Shown here: positions 10,401 to 18,277 of the stretch, in pieces
How the letters are laid out: every line of letters starts with the position of its first letter
Numbering within the stretch: the stretch's first letter is position 1
Origin: an uncultured virus (IMG/VR IMGVR_UViG_3300042914_003341)
Lineage: Duplodnaviria; Heunggongvirae; Uroviricota; Caudoviricetes
Reading direction: 5' to 3' (one strand)
Virus record (IMG/VR): IMGVR_UViG_3300042914_003341
Length of the DNA: 27,347 nt
Notes under the pieces: generated by a model
What the model saw: the letters and a program-made list of their open reading frames with translations, nothing else
Told to the model about the DNA's origin: nothing
Database searches by the model: none
Position numbers and translations under genes: made by a program

Positions 10401-11060
10401 GATGTTGCAACCAAAACCATGGCTTCCACTGATGCGCTCAAACACAACACTGTTTGCAGAGCCCGTTGCTGGCCATATCCAGAACTGAAACGTGCACGAA
10501 CTGCTCAGCGGGTCCAGTCTAGATGAGCCGTTGGGATCGGGAGTTAGCAAAGGATATGACAGGCCAGCCCTGTCAAGAACCGTTATGTATGTGCCCTCAG
10601 TAACAGGGTCTGGGGAGCTGGTAGAACCTTTGAACCAGAGATAGCTTTTGTTCTTAGGGAACTGTTGTAAAACATAGTGTTCAAAACCGGTAAGACCGTC
10701 TCTGAACAGCTCGTATTCTTTTCTTGTGCCATCAAACGGAAAACCGTCAATGATCTTTGTCACTGCGGCATTGACCTTGACTTGCGCGCTGTTGTAAAAC
10801 ACGTGCTGGGAAAAATCTGACCAATCGACGTTCAGTTGCTGAGTGCTTTTCAGGCCCTGAGATGATTGGTCGTAGGTAAACGAGCCGGTTTCTCCGATAG
10901 ACATGTTAAAAACGTCTAAGGCATCTTGCGTGTCGACAGTTGACAAACCGCCATCTGGACTCATAATTCCGCGAACGACCGCTGGAGGGAATATAGATGG
11001 CCTAGGCGTGGCAGTTGTGTTACCAAAACTGTTGGCACTGAAAAAGAATGGCGTTGTCAT
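7485..11060 (-). CDS. Baseplate wedge-like protein (P2 gpI/T4 gp7-like core) with two LamG/concanavalin-A-like domains (~1191 aa)
   Basis: Start moved to ATG 11060 (ATGA overlap with the upstream stop). LamG-like signatures: 'CTFQFWIWP...WSNVGFIWD...LRGYLSG...LLIG...FSGALDELRYF' and 'WTVEGIWKF...DGQKWNVSFGR...GQIRFWSLALS'. The central 'FLQSLAAHYGI...IIKSKGTIHSIQSALAAVG' is gpI-like. Follows the gp6/J-like gene. Confidence 0.65.
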   Translation of the reverse strand: MTTPFFFSANSFGNTTATPRPSIFPPAVVRGIMSPDGGLSTVDTQDALDVFNMSIGETGSFTYDQSSQGLKSTQQLNVDWSDFSQHVFYNSAQVKVNAAVTKIIDGFPFDGTRKEYELFRDGLTGFEHYVLQQFPKNKSYLWFKGSTSSPDPVTEGTYITVLDRAGLSYPLLTPDPNGSSRLDPLSSSCTFQFWIWPATGSANSVVFERISGSHGFGCNITASNSSPSAELVFYVVSGSSNYAMTASVVVDKMTWSNVGFIWDRDTPELRGYLSGNLIGISSQNVDISSTPSVANLLIGSGSGMPAIGIVPTMTFSGALDELRYFKTAVDESVLQQYLKTNIYPAYSFTSSSAVTAERALSNVPDSKLSVYLKLNEPASTSNALVIDSSGQGMHGYLNAYAFSTLGVRNYLTASLPSGQSPMVYERSGSCPVLFPDHPDVVSMKEALLEDAATYDTENPSHIVKLIPAQYLQYGKTLFAQETEEGDLNELSYGTTPRTAELGSTQTMLSVLYLWASFFDELKLYIDAFSTLRHVDYDSSNTTPDVFLQSLAAHYGIELPSIFVGANIDQFIDGTDLDPELIDSPLSLRDIQNTVWKRILINVNDIIKSKGTIHSIQSALAAVGIDSSNIFRFREHGGPTRTNLLQAQKNLRESRSEIASMIDFVSGGYFQSLALSASRVEPGTPSMSGAFITDSFGRNIGSTSVSDASLVSGSWTVEGIWKFAPSVSFPVSQSLMRLETSASNNTHNILCNLFVVSGSSQSGNQLILYAQPCSGANSPQPLTMSIAGLDMFDGQKWNVSFGRERADLVSDPSYVGVSSSWFLRAARQNMGEMVQIVNTASYFNDTAGAYCALQSTSSIQNIDNGCFLAFGNPESSITYNSSSLFLNATRSSSLDMVGMLGQIRFWSLALSEVEWREHVLNFKSLGVSNPLTNFNFVSSSSGSFQKLRCDWSTDQIVTQSAGDGSLELFDFSGNMLTASGSLFPASYRAIRPERYYYSFISPNYDESVTNRKVRVRSFTDPDEVNSSDNTELSLAPVTQLVGEQEPKDDAYFSIDFSIVDALNQDMMSMFANYDLINNAIGAPSTMFGQSYPDMDMLQEVYFNRLTNKLNIRGYFQFYKWFNTNIGGLIQQLIPFRTKFNGINYVIESHMLERGKVDYRFDDMYVRYADNNSPLRNNGAIALQQFRGLLRRY

Positions 11061-12658
11061 CTGTCTGTTACCTTGAATGTGAACTGAACATATCCTGGTT
11101 GTGGCGCATACCACTGGCCACCGGTAACATCTTCCTGTACTTGAAGTTTGATTGACAAAGGTGTATCCTTTGGAAGATCTTTCATGTGAATGTCGAAGTA
11201 CATGCCAGAGCCATCTGCTGAGAGTTTTGTGTACACAGGATCAAATGGGATTATTGTGTTCTGTGTGTTAGAATCCACAATGCTCCATGAGACATTCTGA
11301 TAAATCTTTGGGTGTGGAGGAGTTTTTACGTATGGAGCGTCAATCTCTGCATCATAGTCGTAGAACAACACACGCAGACGGACGATGTCGGAGCTTTGGT
11401 AAGCAGGCTTGAGATTCGTGATGTTTACCACAACATTTCTAGAAGTGCTCCCAAAGGCTTGGTTGGCTTGGTTGGATGGCTGCAAAGTTATGGCGCTGCC
11501 AGTTGCGTAAACAAATGATGCATTCGTCGGGGATCTCCAGACTGGAACAAACCGGACACTCCCATCAGAGTTTGCCACGTCAGAAAGGCCAGCAGCATTT
11601 GACCTGATCATCACGTCTGCAAAATATGATCCAGTGACAAAACTATTGCCACCATTGAAACTGATCTGGGAACCTGTGAATGACTGCGAGAAGTAATTCC
11701 AAGAAGATGAATAATAGGTGATCGAGGAGCTGTGTGATATGCTGTATGTTGTTGCGGTCACATACGCACTCTTGCTGGCAATCATGTCTAGGATCACAGA
11801 GCCAGAACCAACGGCATATGACGATCCGGAGATAAAGTTCCTGGCAGCACCGAACGGATTGCTATATGTTCCAATAACGTTTGGATAGTCTAGGTAAGCG
11901 TCGGCTTGGTTGTCAATGAAAGAGTTAGCATACTGAAGAATCAAAGCCGGATGCTTCGAAGAGTTCTTTGACTGCCTTGAACTAAATCTCTTGACGAATC
12001 TAGTAATGGAATCATCCTCTTCTGAGGTACTGAATGCTATACGCAAACCATGATCTGTGAGCTGTCCATGAATCGCCGCAGAAACATAAGAGGTCACATC
12101 GACCATCATGTCTTCCCTGCCGGTGCTGAAGCTCTGACTGAACATCATGTTCACGGATCCGGAGTTCAGAGAAGTTATGTAATCCAAACTGCTGCTGGTC
12201 ACATCTCCACCATGATCGCACCCACCTGAAGTCCACGTGGTTATTGTAGAGCCATTGATGCTAGCGGTTAGCCAGTTGACTGCGTCAAGGTCGCGATATC
12301 CAACAACATCAAAACCAACACCTTCTGAGAATTCTTTTGCCAGCGGTGAAACGGTCAGAGTGAAGTTTGATGGCGTTGTTTGGCCACCATACACAGAGCT
12401 AAGTTTCAGGAAAGCCCTGAAGTTGCTCGACGCTGTCACTGGGAGTGCTTCCGTCAGATCAAACTTGATCAGAGCACGTGAAAGCTCGATTCCAGAAGAA
12501 CCTGATGGCAAAACTGTTTCATTGTAAAGTTTGAAAAGATCGATCGTCCCCGCCATCCCTACGTTCGCATCAACTGAACTGGTTGTACCAGGACGAGATC
12601 CCAGGATGATTTTGTTGGTGATGTATGCATCTGCACTAGCTGGGAGTATCCTGTACAT
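11057..12658 (-). CDS. Putative virion protein with N-terminal DNRLRE/CBM96-like beta-sandwich domain (533 aa)
   Basis: Pattern 'DAYIT...N.G...SRALIKFDL...LTV.PL...W...GG...VDVTSYV...DHGL.I...FSSR...HPALIL' matches DNRLRE-like domains by eye. Lies between two wedge genes. Confidence 0.55.
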   Translation of the reverse strand: MYRILPASADAYITNKIILGSRPGTTSSVDANVGMAGTIDLFKLYNETVLPSGSSGIELSRALIKFDLTEALPVTASSNFRAFLKLSSVYGGQTTPSNFTLTVSPLAKEFSEGVGFDVVGYRDLDAVNWLTASINGSTITTWTSGGCDHGGDVTSSSLDYITSLNSGSVNMMFSQSFSTGREDMMVDVTSYVSAAIHGQLTDHGLRIAFSTSEEDDSITRFVKRFSSRQSKNSSKHPALILQYANSFIDNQADAYLDYPNVIGTYSNPFGAARNFISGSSYAVGSGSVILDMIASKSAYVTATTYSISHSSSITYYSSSWNYFSQSFTGSQISFNGGNSFVTGSYFADVMIRSNAAGLSDVANSDGSVRFVPVWRSPTNASFVYATGSAITLQPSNQANQAFGSTSRNVVVNITNLKPAYQSSDIVRLRVLFYDYDAEIDAPYVKTPPHPKIYQNVSWSIVDSNTQNTIIPFDPVYTKLSADGSGMYFDIHMKDLPKDTPLSIKLQVQEDVTGGQWYAPQPGYVQFTFKVTDR

Positions 12659-12689
12659 GATGCTCTATAAAAAGAGCGTGGTGTGAGTC

Positions 12690-14582
12690 TCAGGCTGAGG
12701 TGCGGCCGACAATGTCAAAATACTTGTACTTGATTTCGAATATACCCCCGGGTGGTGGAACAATGAAGGATCCATTGATCGTGTTTGCGTTGACGTCAAA
12801 ACGATTGCCGCTATACTCTCTCCCAGCCACAGTCCCAGTCACGTTTCCAAACTCTATTGAACGTACACCTATCACACCGGGCGTTGTGTAGATCACATTC
12901 CGGACATTGTCGACAGAGATAGGTTGGTCCATATGAAAGTTGTTCTGCGCAAACAAAGCCACTAGTCTAGATTGACAGTTCTGCAACACAGTCTGTCTGT
13001 TTGATGCCGGATCGACTGTCACCTGATAGTTGAGGTTGAGGTTGATGATCTGACCGTCCAGGATATCAATACCTTCCCCAACCATTCGGAATTCGTTGAG
13101 ATATGTTGCCAAACTCTTCTTCAGAAGGTCTGGAGAGATCGACAGCGTACCGTCTGCATTCTTTGATAGAACATAGACTAGTGTTGCGTTTGGATTCGTT
13201 GGGTTGCTATGCGCAGACACCCTATAAACCCTGCCAAAGTTTGCTGGGAGTTTATAAACGCGTGAAAGCAAATCGGATTTCGAAACAATTCTTGACTGAG
13301 CTGCTCTTGCTGCCGGTATTTGAAGCCTGAGATCATCAACAGTTGGTGCATCATCCCCACCCCTCGCCCAGCCAGTATTATTTACATCAGCAGACAGTCT
13401 GACAAATGATGCTATGACTGGAGATGGATTGCCAGGAAAATCCATTGTAAGCGACGATATCTCTGCAAGGCTCTCTGGGCCTATGTTATGACTAGAGCCG
13501 CCGCCGTGACGATACGTAACAGTCAACGTTACGTTTGCAGCGATCACTCCGAGTGTCGATGTTCTGAACAGATTGTTTGGATCAATTGCAAATCTTGAGA
13601 ACGTTGATTTTCCATATAGCGGCAACGCGACTTCAGATGGGTCTGGGATCAGATCATCATCGATTGCATCACCAGTCGATCCACCAAACGTAAGAGTTGT
13701 GAACCGTGTATTCAAACTAGTTGTTTTATAGAATCTGTAAGGCGCAGGCACAACTTCTAGAACAGATTTAACGACAGGTTGGCCGGATGGGTCATATGAC
13801 GCAGTGATACCAATGGTTGAAAGATCTGTAGACTTAAACACAGTTCCTTGTGTCAGGAACTCAACTTCATAGTAGTTGTTTCCAGCGGAATCTCTAACTG
13901 AGACAATCTCAGTCACATCTCTGTTTTCAAGTGTGACACGCTTGAAAGGTTCAAACCCAGAGACTGTGAACGTTTCTGTTGCCGTCTGCGAGCTAAGACA
14001 CGTCCCAGCTTTGCTGAAGATATAGTTCAGTGGTAGGTTGGTGCTGGCGTTTAGATCTCCTGGCGTGTACGTGATAGAATCAACTGGTGTTCCATCGAGC
14101 TTTGTCAAAGTGAAATCGATGTCTTCTAGAAGCTGGAACTCTACACCATTGTTTGAAATCGCAAACGTCGCTCCTTCGCCGCGAATGATTGGCAGTGCTG
14201 TTCTGTCGAAGCTTCCGTTGCCATCACTGGGAATCTTCACATAAAATACTGCATTGTTCTCCAGGACTGCTGGTGCCGCGCCAACAATCGGAACACCAGC
14301 ATCACGCAACAGCCTTTCAACGTTTTGTGGCTCGACTGCCGTTTCAGCCAATAGCTCACCAAACTGGTGATCTAGATAAAACGCGTTGTTGTCCCCAACC
14401 CAGCTAGCCAGATCCAGAAGAAGTCCACCAAAACCGTTCGCAGTGAAATCTGTTGGTTTGTTTGGGAAGAATGTGCGTGCAAACTCTTCTAGCTGCGGCC
14501 TGAAAGACTCAAAATCTTTGTTGAGAAACCGTACTGAGCTCGCCCGCGTTCTCAGACTTGTGTTGTTGGTTACTGTTGCCAT
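12690..14582 (-). CDS. Baseplate wedge subunit (T4 gp6 / baseplate J-like, 630 aa)
   Basis: 'LNKDFESFR..L..FART.FP....DF....GG.LLDLASWVGD..AFYLD.QF.E' at the N-terminus and 'GGDDAPT.DDLR...AQSRIVSKSD' centrally; adjacent to the gp25-like gene. Confidence 0.85.
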   Translation of the reverse strand: MATVTNNTSLRTRASSVRFLNKDFESFRPQLEEFARTFFPNKPTDFTANGFGGLLLDLASWVGDNNAFYLDHQFGELLAETAVEPQNVERLLRDAGVPIVGAAPAVLENNAVFYVKIPSDGNGSFDRTALPIIRGEGATFAISNNGVEFQLLEDIDFTLTKLDGTPVDSITYTPGDLNASTNLPLNYIFSKAGTCLSSQTATETFTVSGFEPFKRVTLENRDVTEIVSVRDSAGNNYYEVEFLTQGTVFKSTDLSTIGITASYDPSGQPVVKSVLEVVPAPYRFYKTTSLNTRFTTLTFGGSTGDAIDDDLIPDPSEVALPLYGKSTFSRFAIDPNNLFRTSTLGVIAANVTLTVTYRHGGGSSHNIGPESLAEISSLTMDFPGNPSPVIASFVRLSADVNNTGWARGGDDAPTVDDLRLQIPAARAAQSRIVSKSDLLSRVYKLPANFGRVYRVSAHSNPTNPNATLVYVLSKNADGTLSISPDLLKKSLATYLNEFRMVGEGIDILDGQIINLNLNYQVTVDPASNRQTVLQNCQSRLVALFAQNNFHMDQPISVDNVRNVIYTTPGVIGVRSIEFGNVTGTVAGREYSGNRFDVNANTINGSFIVPPPGGIFEIKYKYFDIVGRTSA

Positions 14583-14588
14583 TGTTTT

Positions 14589-14601
14589 CTTGTACTATAA
14601 C
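14589..14601 (-). promoter_or_regulatory. GTTATAGTACAAG, candidate promoter element
   Basis: Intergenic; 12/13 identical to GTTAAAGTACAAG at 15853-15865; TATAGT is -10-like. Confidence 0.4.
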
Positions 14602-14610
14602 TGGTTATGG

Positions 14611-15126
14611 TCATGCCAAAGTAAAAGATAGCCGCAGCCATCTCTTTGGCACAGTAGCTCTTGGGATCGCATAAGAAACGTCTATCGTAACAAATCCAAG
14701 CCCATTTCCGATTATTGATTGATTTGTTGTGGGTGCAGCGCGAGCTATGTCACCAAAGTTGCTCTGAAAATCATACAGCTCGACGTACGGCATGTACTTC
14801 TCTATTGCTTGTGTGATACGTTGCATCGCCTGATCCTCGAACTGTTCACGACCTAGTTCGTACTCTGTTACCAATGGGCCTAGGTTGGCTCCATAATCAT
14901 ACCTTGCAACCCGCTCCCCATGATTCGTCGTCAGCAAATCTCTTAGGTTGTTGGCAAGCTGTGCACCTACATCCGTGGATAGCTCAACCAGATCATCACC
15001 GCCATTCTGGGATTGACGCAAAGGAGTAACGATACCGATTGTGATAGGCGTTCGTTCAATAGCGTTGATGGCATCTTGCGCAGATGAAGCTATTTGCCCG
15101 ACACTCTTGAAACTACGTACAGCCAT
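14611..15126 (-). CDS. Baseplate wedge protein, GPW/gp25 family (171 aa)
   Basis: 'QLANNLRDLLTTNHGERVARYDYGANL...I..AIEKYMPYVEL' is the gp25/gpW/TssE signature. Confidence 0.85.
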   Translation of the reverse strand: MAVRSFKSVGQIASSAQDAINAIERTPITIGIVTPLRQSQNGGDDLVELSTDVGAQLANNLRDLLTTNHGERVARYDYGANLGPLVTEYELGREQFEDQAMQRITQAIEKYMPYVELYDFQSNFGDIARAAPTTNQSIIGNGLGFVTIDVSYAIPRATVPKRWLRLSFTLA

Positions 15127-15134
15127 GAAACTAA

Positions 15135-15848
15135 TTACAAGCCAAACAGTTTGCGTACATCATTTGGACTATTAACAGTATTTACAGTCGCTGATGGCTG
15201 GTTGATGATTTCTTGGATGCCAATAGCAGGTTGTTGCGTGCCCTGAGTAACAACATTAGTTTGTTGCTGGGTGCTTTGTCTGGGTTGCGCAACAGTGCGG
15301 TCTGGTCGTGAACTTGTCCTATTGGCTGCAAGAAACTGTTCGAAACTAATTCCAAGAGTTGCTGGCTCTGGGATTTGGTCGTTGTTTGGCTGCAACGAAA
15401 CGGTTTGTTGCGGCAAAGGCTGTTGCAACTGGGTGTTGGCTGTTGCATTCGCCAATGCTGTGACATTTCTTGAGCGATCTTCTTCCGAACATAGAGGAAA
15501 GAACATTCCTATGATCGGCAATGGATTCAAGATCGATTTGATGAAGCACCAAATGGCAGTGATGATTGCAAAAGCTAACTGCGCAGCAAAGATCTTTGTT
15601 GGATCCGCCAAGCTTGGTGCGCTTGGAGGCACAGATCTGGCTTGAGAAGCGCTGGTTTTGATCGCCGCAGAAATGCCTTCAGACAAAGCCGTAGCAGCAA
15701 CTGACAGTGGGCCTGGGAGGGTTCCTAGGAGCGCTGACAGTCCCGCATTCGTGGCAGTGTTCGTTGCTATGTTTGCACTGTTATTGGATGCCGTTTCACC
15801 GGCTGCGGCAGAGCTAACTGATCTGCGTTGTTCTGATGGCGTAGTCAT
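15135..15848 (-). CDS. Hypothetical protein with a central hydrophobic segment and low-complexity A/S/T/Q/N flanks (237 aa)
   Basis: Fills the gap between the gp5-like and gp25-like genes; hydrophobic stretch IFAAQLAFAIITAIWCFIKSILNPLPIIGMFFPLC. Confidence 0.6.
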   Translation of the reverse strand: MTTPSEQRRSVSSAAAGETASNNSANIATNTATNAGLSALLGTLPGPLSVAATALSEGISAAIKTSASQARSVPPSAPSLADPTKIFAAQLAFAIITAIWCFIKSILNPLPIIGMFFPLCSEEDRSRNVTALANATANTQLQQPLPQQTVSLQPNNDQIPEPATLGISFEQFLAANRTSSRPDRTVAQPRQSTQQQTNVVTQGTQQPAIGIQEIINQPSATVNTVNSPNDVRKLFGL

Positions 15849-15852
15849 TATA

Positions 15853-15865
15853 CTTGTACTTTAAC
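15853..15865 (-). promoter_or_regulatory. GTTAAAGTACAAG, candidate promoter element
   Basis: Overlaps the stop of the gp5-like gene; TG-n-TAAAGT is extended -10-like; near-identical copy at 14589-14601. Confidence 0.35.
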
Positions 15866-17723
15866 AACCAAAGATCCTTGCGCTCCTGCTCCTGTAGACA
15901 GCGGCATTCGTACGAGATCTTGAACTGGTAATGTTAGATTCAGCGGTCTGCATGATCCGATCGCAACGTTGTTTAAGAATAGCCCATGCAGCATCAGGTC
16001 CGTTTGGAGCACAGATTGAACTGTTTGCAGCAATACTGATGGAATCATTTATAGAAGAGATGGCATCATGAAGATTGTTTATCTGTTCTTGCAGACCATG
16101 AACAACTTTTTTGAACTCTGACCACTTGATATAGGGTTCGGCGCCCGCAAAATCATTTGACGATCCTGGCGACAAAGAATCCGAAGAGAACCCTGACGTG
16201 TTGCTTGGCATGTCTGGCGCCGGGAATTGGCCTTTGCTAGCAGCAGCACCGCCGAGAAAGATCTGCATTCCGTCGATCTGCACACGACCTTCTGGTGATA
16301 TGAAGACATAGGCCATATGATCACTCTCAGCAGTCTGAGCATTTGGATCTTCTGGAGATCTGTTCTTTCCTTCTTTCAACAAAAGGATGGAGCCGCTATA
16401 GTCAGGCACAGCGTTTGACTGAATCCTGGCATCCGAGGGCAAAGACCTTCTTGCCACAAATCTCAAGTTGTCGGCTTTTGCAACAACATAGCTGTTTCCA
16501 TGTTCTGCAACGGTGTTGTCAGTGGAAGATGCAAACACTTGTGGCATCGGATGCAAAGCCGCAGGAGAATAGTTGATTCCATCAGCTTGCATCGCTTCGT
16601 TGGGACGTCCAGCAGAGGTCGGCTGCAATCTAAAAACAAAATCTCCAGGTGTTCTCTGAGAGATATATATCCTGGCTGCGTCGCGGCAAAAATCCGGATT
16701 TCCATCGTTTGGATTCAGTGATTGTTCATACTGAGAGTGTGCAGCTTCTAGAAGGCCCCTAGAATTCGTTACAACGGTTGGACTAGTAACGAAGCACGCT
16801 GCTCCGTCTTGATTGTTTGCGGAATTTGCAGAGCCTCCTAGGTTGCTTGCTGAACGTCTGTACCTTCCACGACCAACAACCAAGTCGATCGTTCCGGAAT
16901 AGTTCTTCTGATCGTATGATCCGGACAAGCCGATTGGGCTGGTTCGATCTTTTCCAAGCATGATCAATGCATTGGTTGGACTTTGAAGAACCAGTTCGGA
17001 TGCTCGCTTAGCCCAACGTGGCACCACCTCAAACGTTGAGATCTGGGAACCCGAGGCGGTCAGATAGATTGCCTGATATGGATTGACCGTAGCAGCACTT
17101 GCGGCCTGAGAACCAGCGCTGATACCTGATCCGGCCGGTAATGTGTTCGTTGTTGGAGTGCTGCCACCGTTTGGAAAAAGATATTCAGGTCTTCTCGCCT
17201 GTTGCTGGCGAGCACTGTTTGATGGTATGGGTCTGACAGCAGCAAATTCAGGATACAGACGTCTGTCCGAATGAGTGAATCCAATGTCTTCAACATACAC
17301 AGAATCTGGCATCCGGGAGATCCATCTAGCATTCCCAGCAAATCCAAACCGATAGAAATCATCGATCAAAACCTGGATGTGCTCACCTGGGGTGATCGGC
17401 ATCATCAGGTGAGATGAATAAAACGGCGTCACCAAGAGTCTGGTTGGGATTGCATTGCTAACGTTATCAGAAACAATCATTGCAATCAAACTGTTCTCTG
17501 TGAGATTGGTCGAAACAGAGCCAGGATTAGCAACAGAATTGGTGATCGCCAGCAGATCTTCCTGTGTGAGTTGTCTTGGGTTTTCAAGGACTTTCTCGAC
17601 GACGGCACGATAAGTAACTGGGGCATTCCCGACCAAGCTCTGTTTGATCGCCATACGTTCCAGTGGAAGCTCTCCAGGATACGTTGCACCAGTCATGACC
17701 CGATTGACGTTGATGTTCGTCAT
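15861..17723 (-). CDS. Putative baseplate hub/central spike protein (gp5/gpV/VgrG-like, 620 aa)
   Basis: The N-terminal 'PFYSSHLMMPITPGEHIQVL' resembles the gp5 OB-fold P..GE.V.V motif. Short beta-strand segments follow (ELVLQS...LIMLGKDR, IDLVVGRG, ARIYISQ, YVVAKADNLRFVAR, VFISPEGRVQIDGMQIFLG). Upstream of the gp25-like gene. Confidence 0.55.
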   Translation of the reverse strand: MTNINVNRVMTGATYPGELPLERMAIKQSLVGNAPVTYRAVVEKVLENPRQLTQEDLLAITNSVANPGSVSTNLTENSLIAMIVSDNVSNAIPTRLLVTPFYSSHLMMPITPGEHIQVLIDDFYRFGFAGNARWISRMPDSVYVEDIGFTHSDRRLYPEFAAVRPIPSNSARQQQARRPEYLFPNGGSTPTTNTLPAGSGISAGSQAASAATVNPYQAIYLTASGSQISTFEVVPRWAKRASELVLQSPTNALIMLGKDRTSPIGLSGSYDQKNYSGTIDLVVGRGRYRRSASNLGGSANSANNQDGAACFVTSPTVVTNSRGLLEAAHSQYEQSLNPNDGNPDFCRDAARIYISQRTPGDFVFRLQPTSAGRPNEAMQADGINYSPAALHPMPQVFASSTDNTVAEHGNSYVVAKADNLRFVARRSLPSDARIQSNAVPDYSGSILLLKEGKNRSPEDPNAQTAESDHMAYVFISPEGRVQIDGMQIFLGGAAASKGQFPAPDMPSNTSGFSSDSLSPGSSNDFAGAEPYIKWSEFKKVVHGLQEQINNLHDAISSINDSISIAANSSICAPNGPDAAWAILKQRCDRIMQTAESNITSSRSRTNAAVYRSRSARIFGC

Positions 17724-17728
17724 TGCTA

Positions 17729-18277
17729 TTACCTGCTCTTTGTTTTTGTTTGTTGAACGTTCTTGCCAGACGCTGCTGGTTTGCCAGAGTTCTTCTCAAG
17801 AACGTCATAGATGTCCATGCCAAGAAGTTCTTTTTCTTCGTCGTGAACCGGTGCTGGTGCAACATCAATCGCCTTCTGAACAATCTCTGAAAGTTTGATG
17901 ATCTGCTGATTGGCTTTCTCCATGCGCTCCATATACTTTGACAGGAGATCTCCATGCATCACATGTTTATCAGCATCCTGCACGGTGTTGATGTAGAGAT
18001 CCATCAAGAGCACGCTGGCAATCCTTCGGTCATCAATTGCGTTCTTGAATATCCTCTGCCAGAGAAACTTCTGTTTTGGATCGACGTGTTCAGCTAGTCG
18101 AACCATCCCATTGAACATAGTCACCAACTCTTTGTCGATATATTCACGCGTGTCAAGTTCAGTGTTGATGTTCGGACTGTCCGGGTCGGAAAGCGGAGCA
18201 GCAACAACCGAGTTGATCAAACGGAGACGATAATCCGCCCCTTCTGGGATGGTTGTCTCATCCTGTTCATCACTCAT
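17729..18277 (-). CDS. Hypothetical alpha-helical/coiled-coil protein (182 aa)
   Basis: ATGAGTGA overlap with the sigma-like gene; helical core 'GDLLSKYMERMEKANQQIIKLSEIVQK'. Confidence 0.65.
   Translation of the reverse strand: MSDEQDETTIPEGADYRLRLINSVVAAPLSDPDSPNINTELDTREYIDKELVTMFNGMVRLAEHVDPKQKFLWQRIFKNAIDDRRIASVLLMDLYINTVQDADKHVMHGDLLSKYMERMEKANQQIIKLSEIVQKAIDVAPAPVHDEEKELLGMDIYDVLEKNSGKPAASGKNVQQTKTKSR

Noticed and set aside
12662..12677. Hairpin GCTCT-TTTTAT-AGAGC just upstream of ATG 12658
   Set aside because: Only a 5-bp stem with no U-tract; too weak to call a terminator or regulatory element.
15848..16048. 66-aa alternate-frame ORF ending in a TAATG overlap with the next gene
   Set aside because: It lies almost entirely inside the gp5-like gene and has no motif; the overlap is probably coincidental.
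12690..17723. Bacterial T6SS, eCIS or tailocin interpretation of the baseplate genes
   Set aside because: No TssJLM/ClpV or Afp15-like ATPase in the window. The long gp6-like wedge, sigma-like gene, nuclease and uniform dense phage-style layout favour a phage genome.
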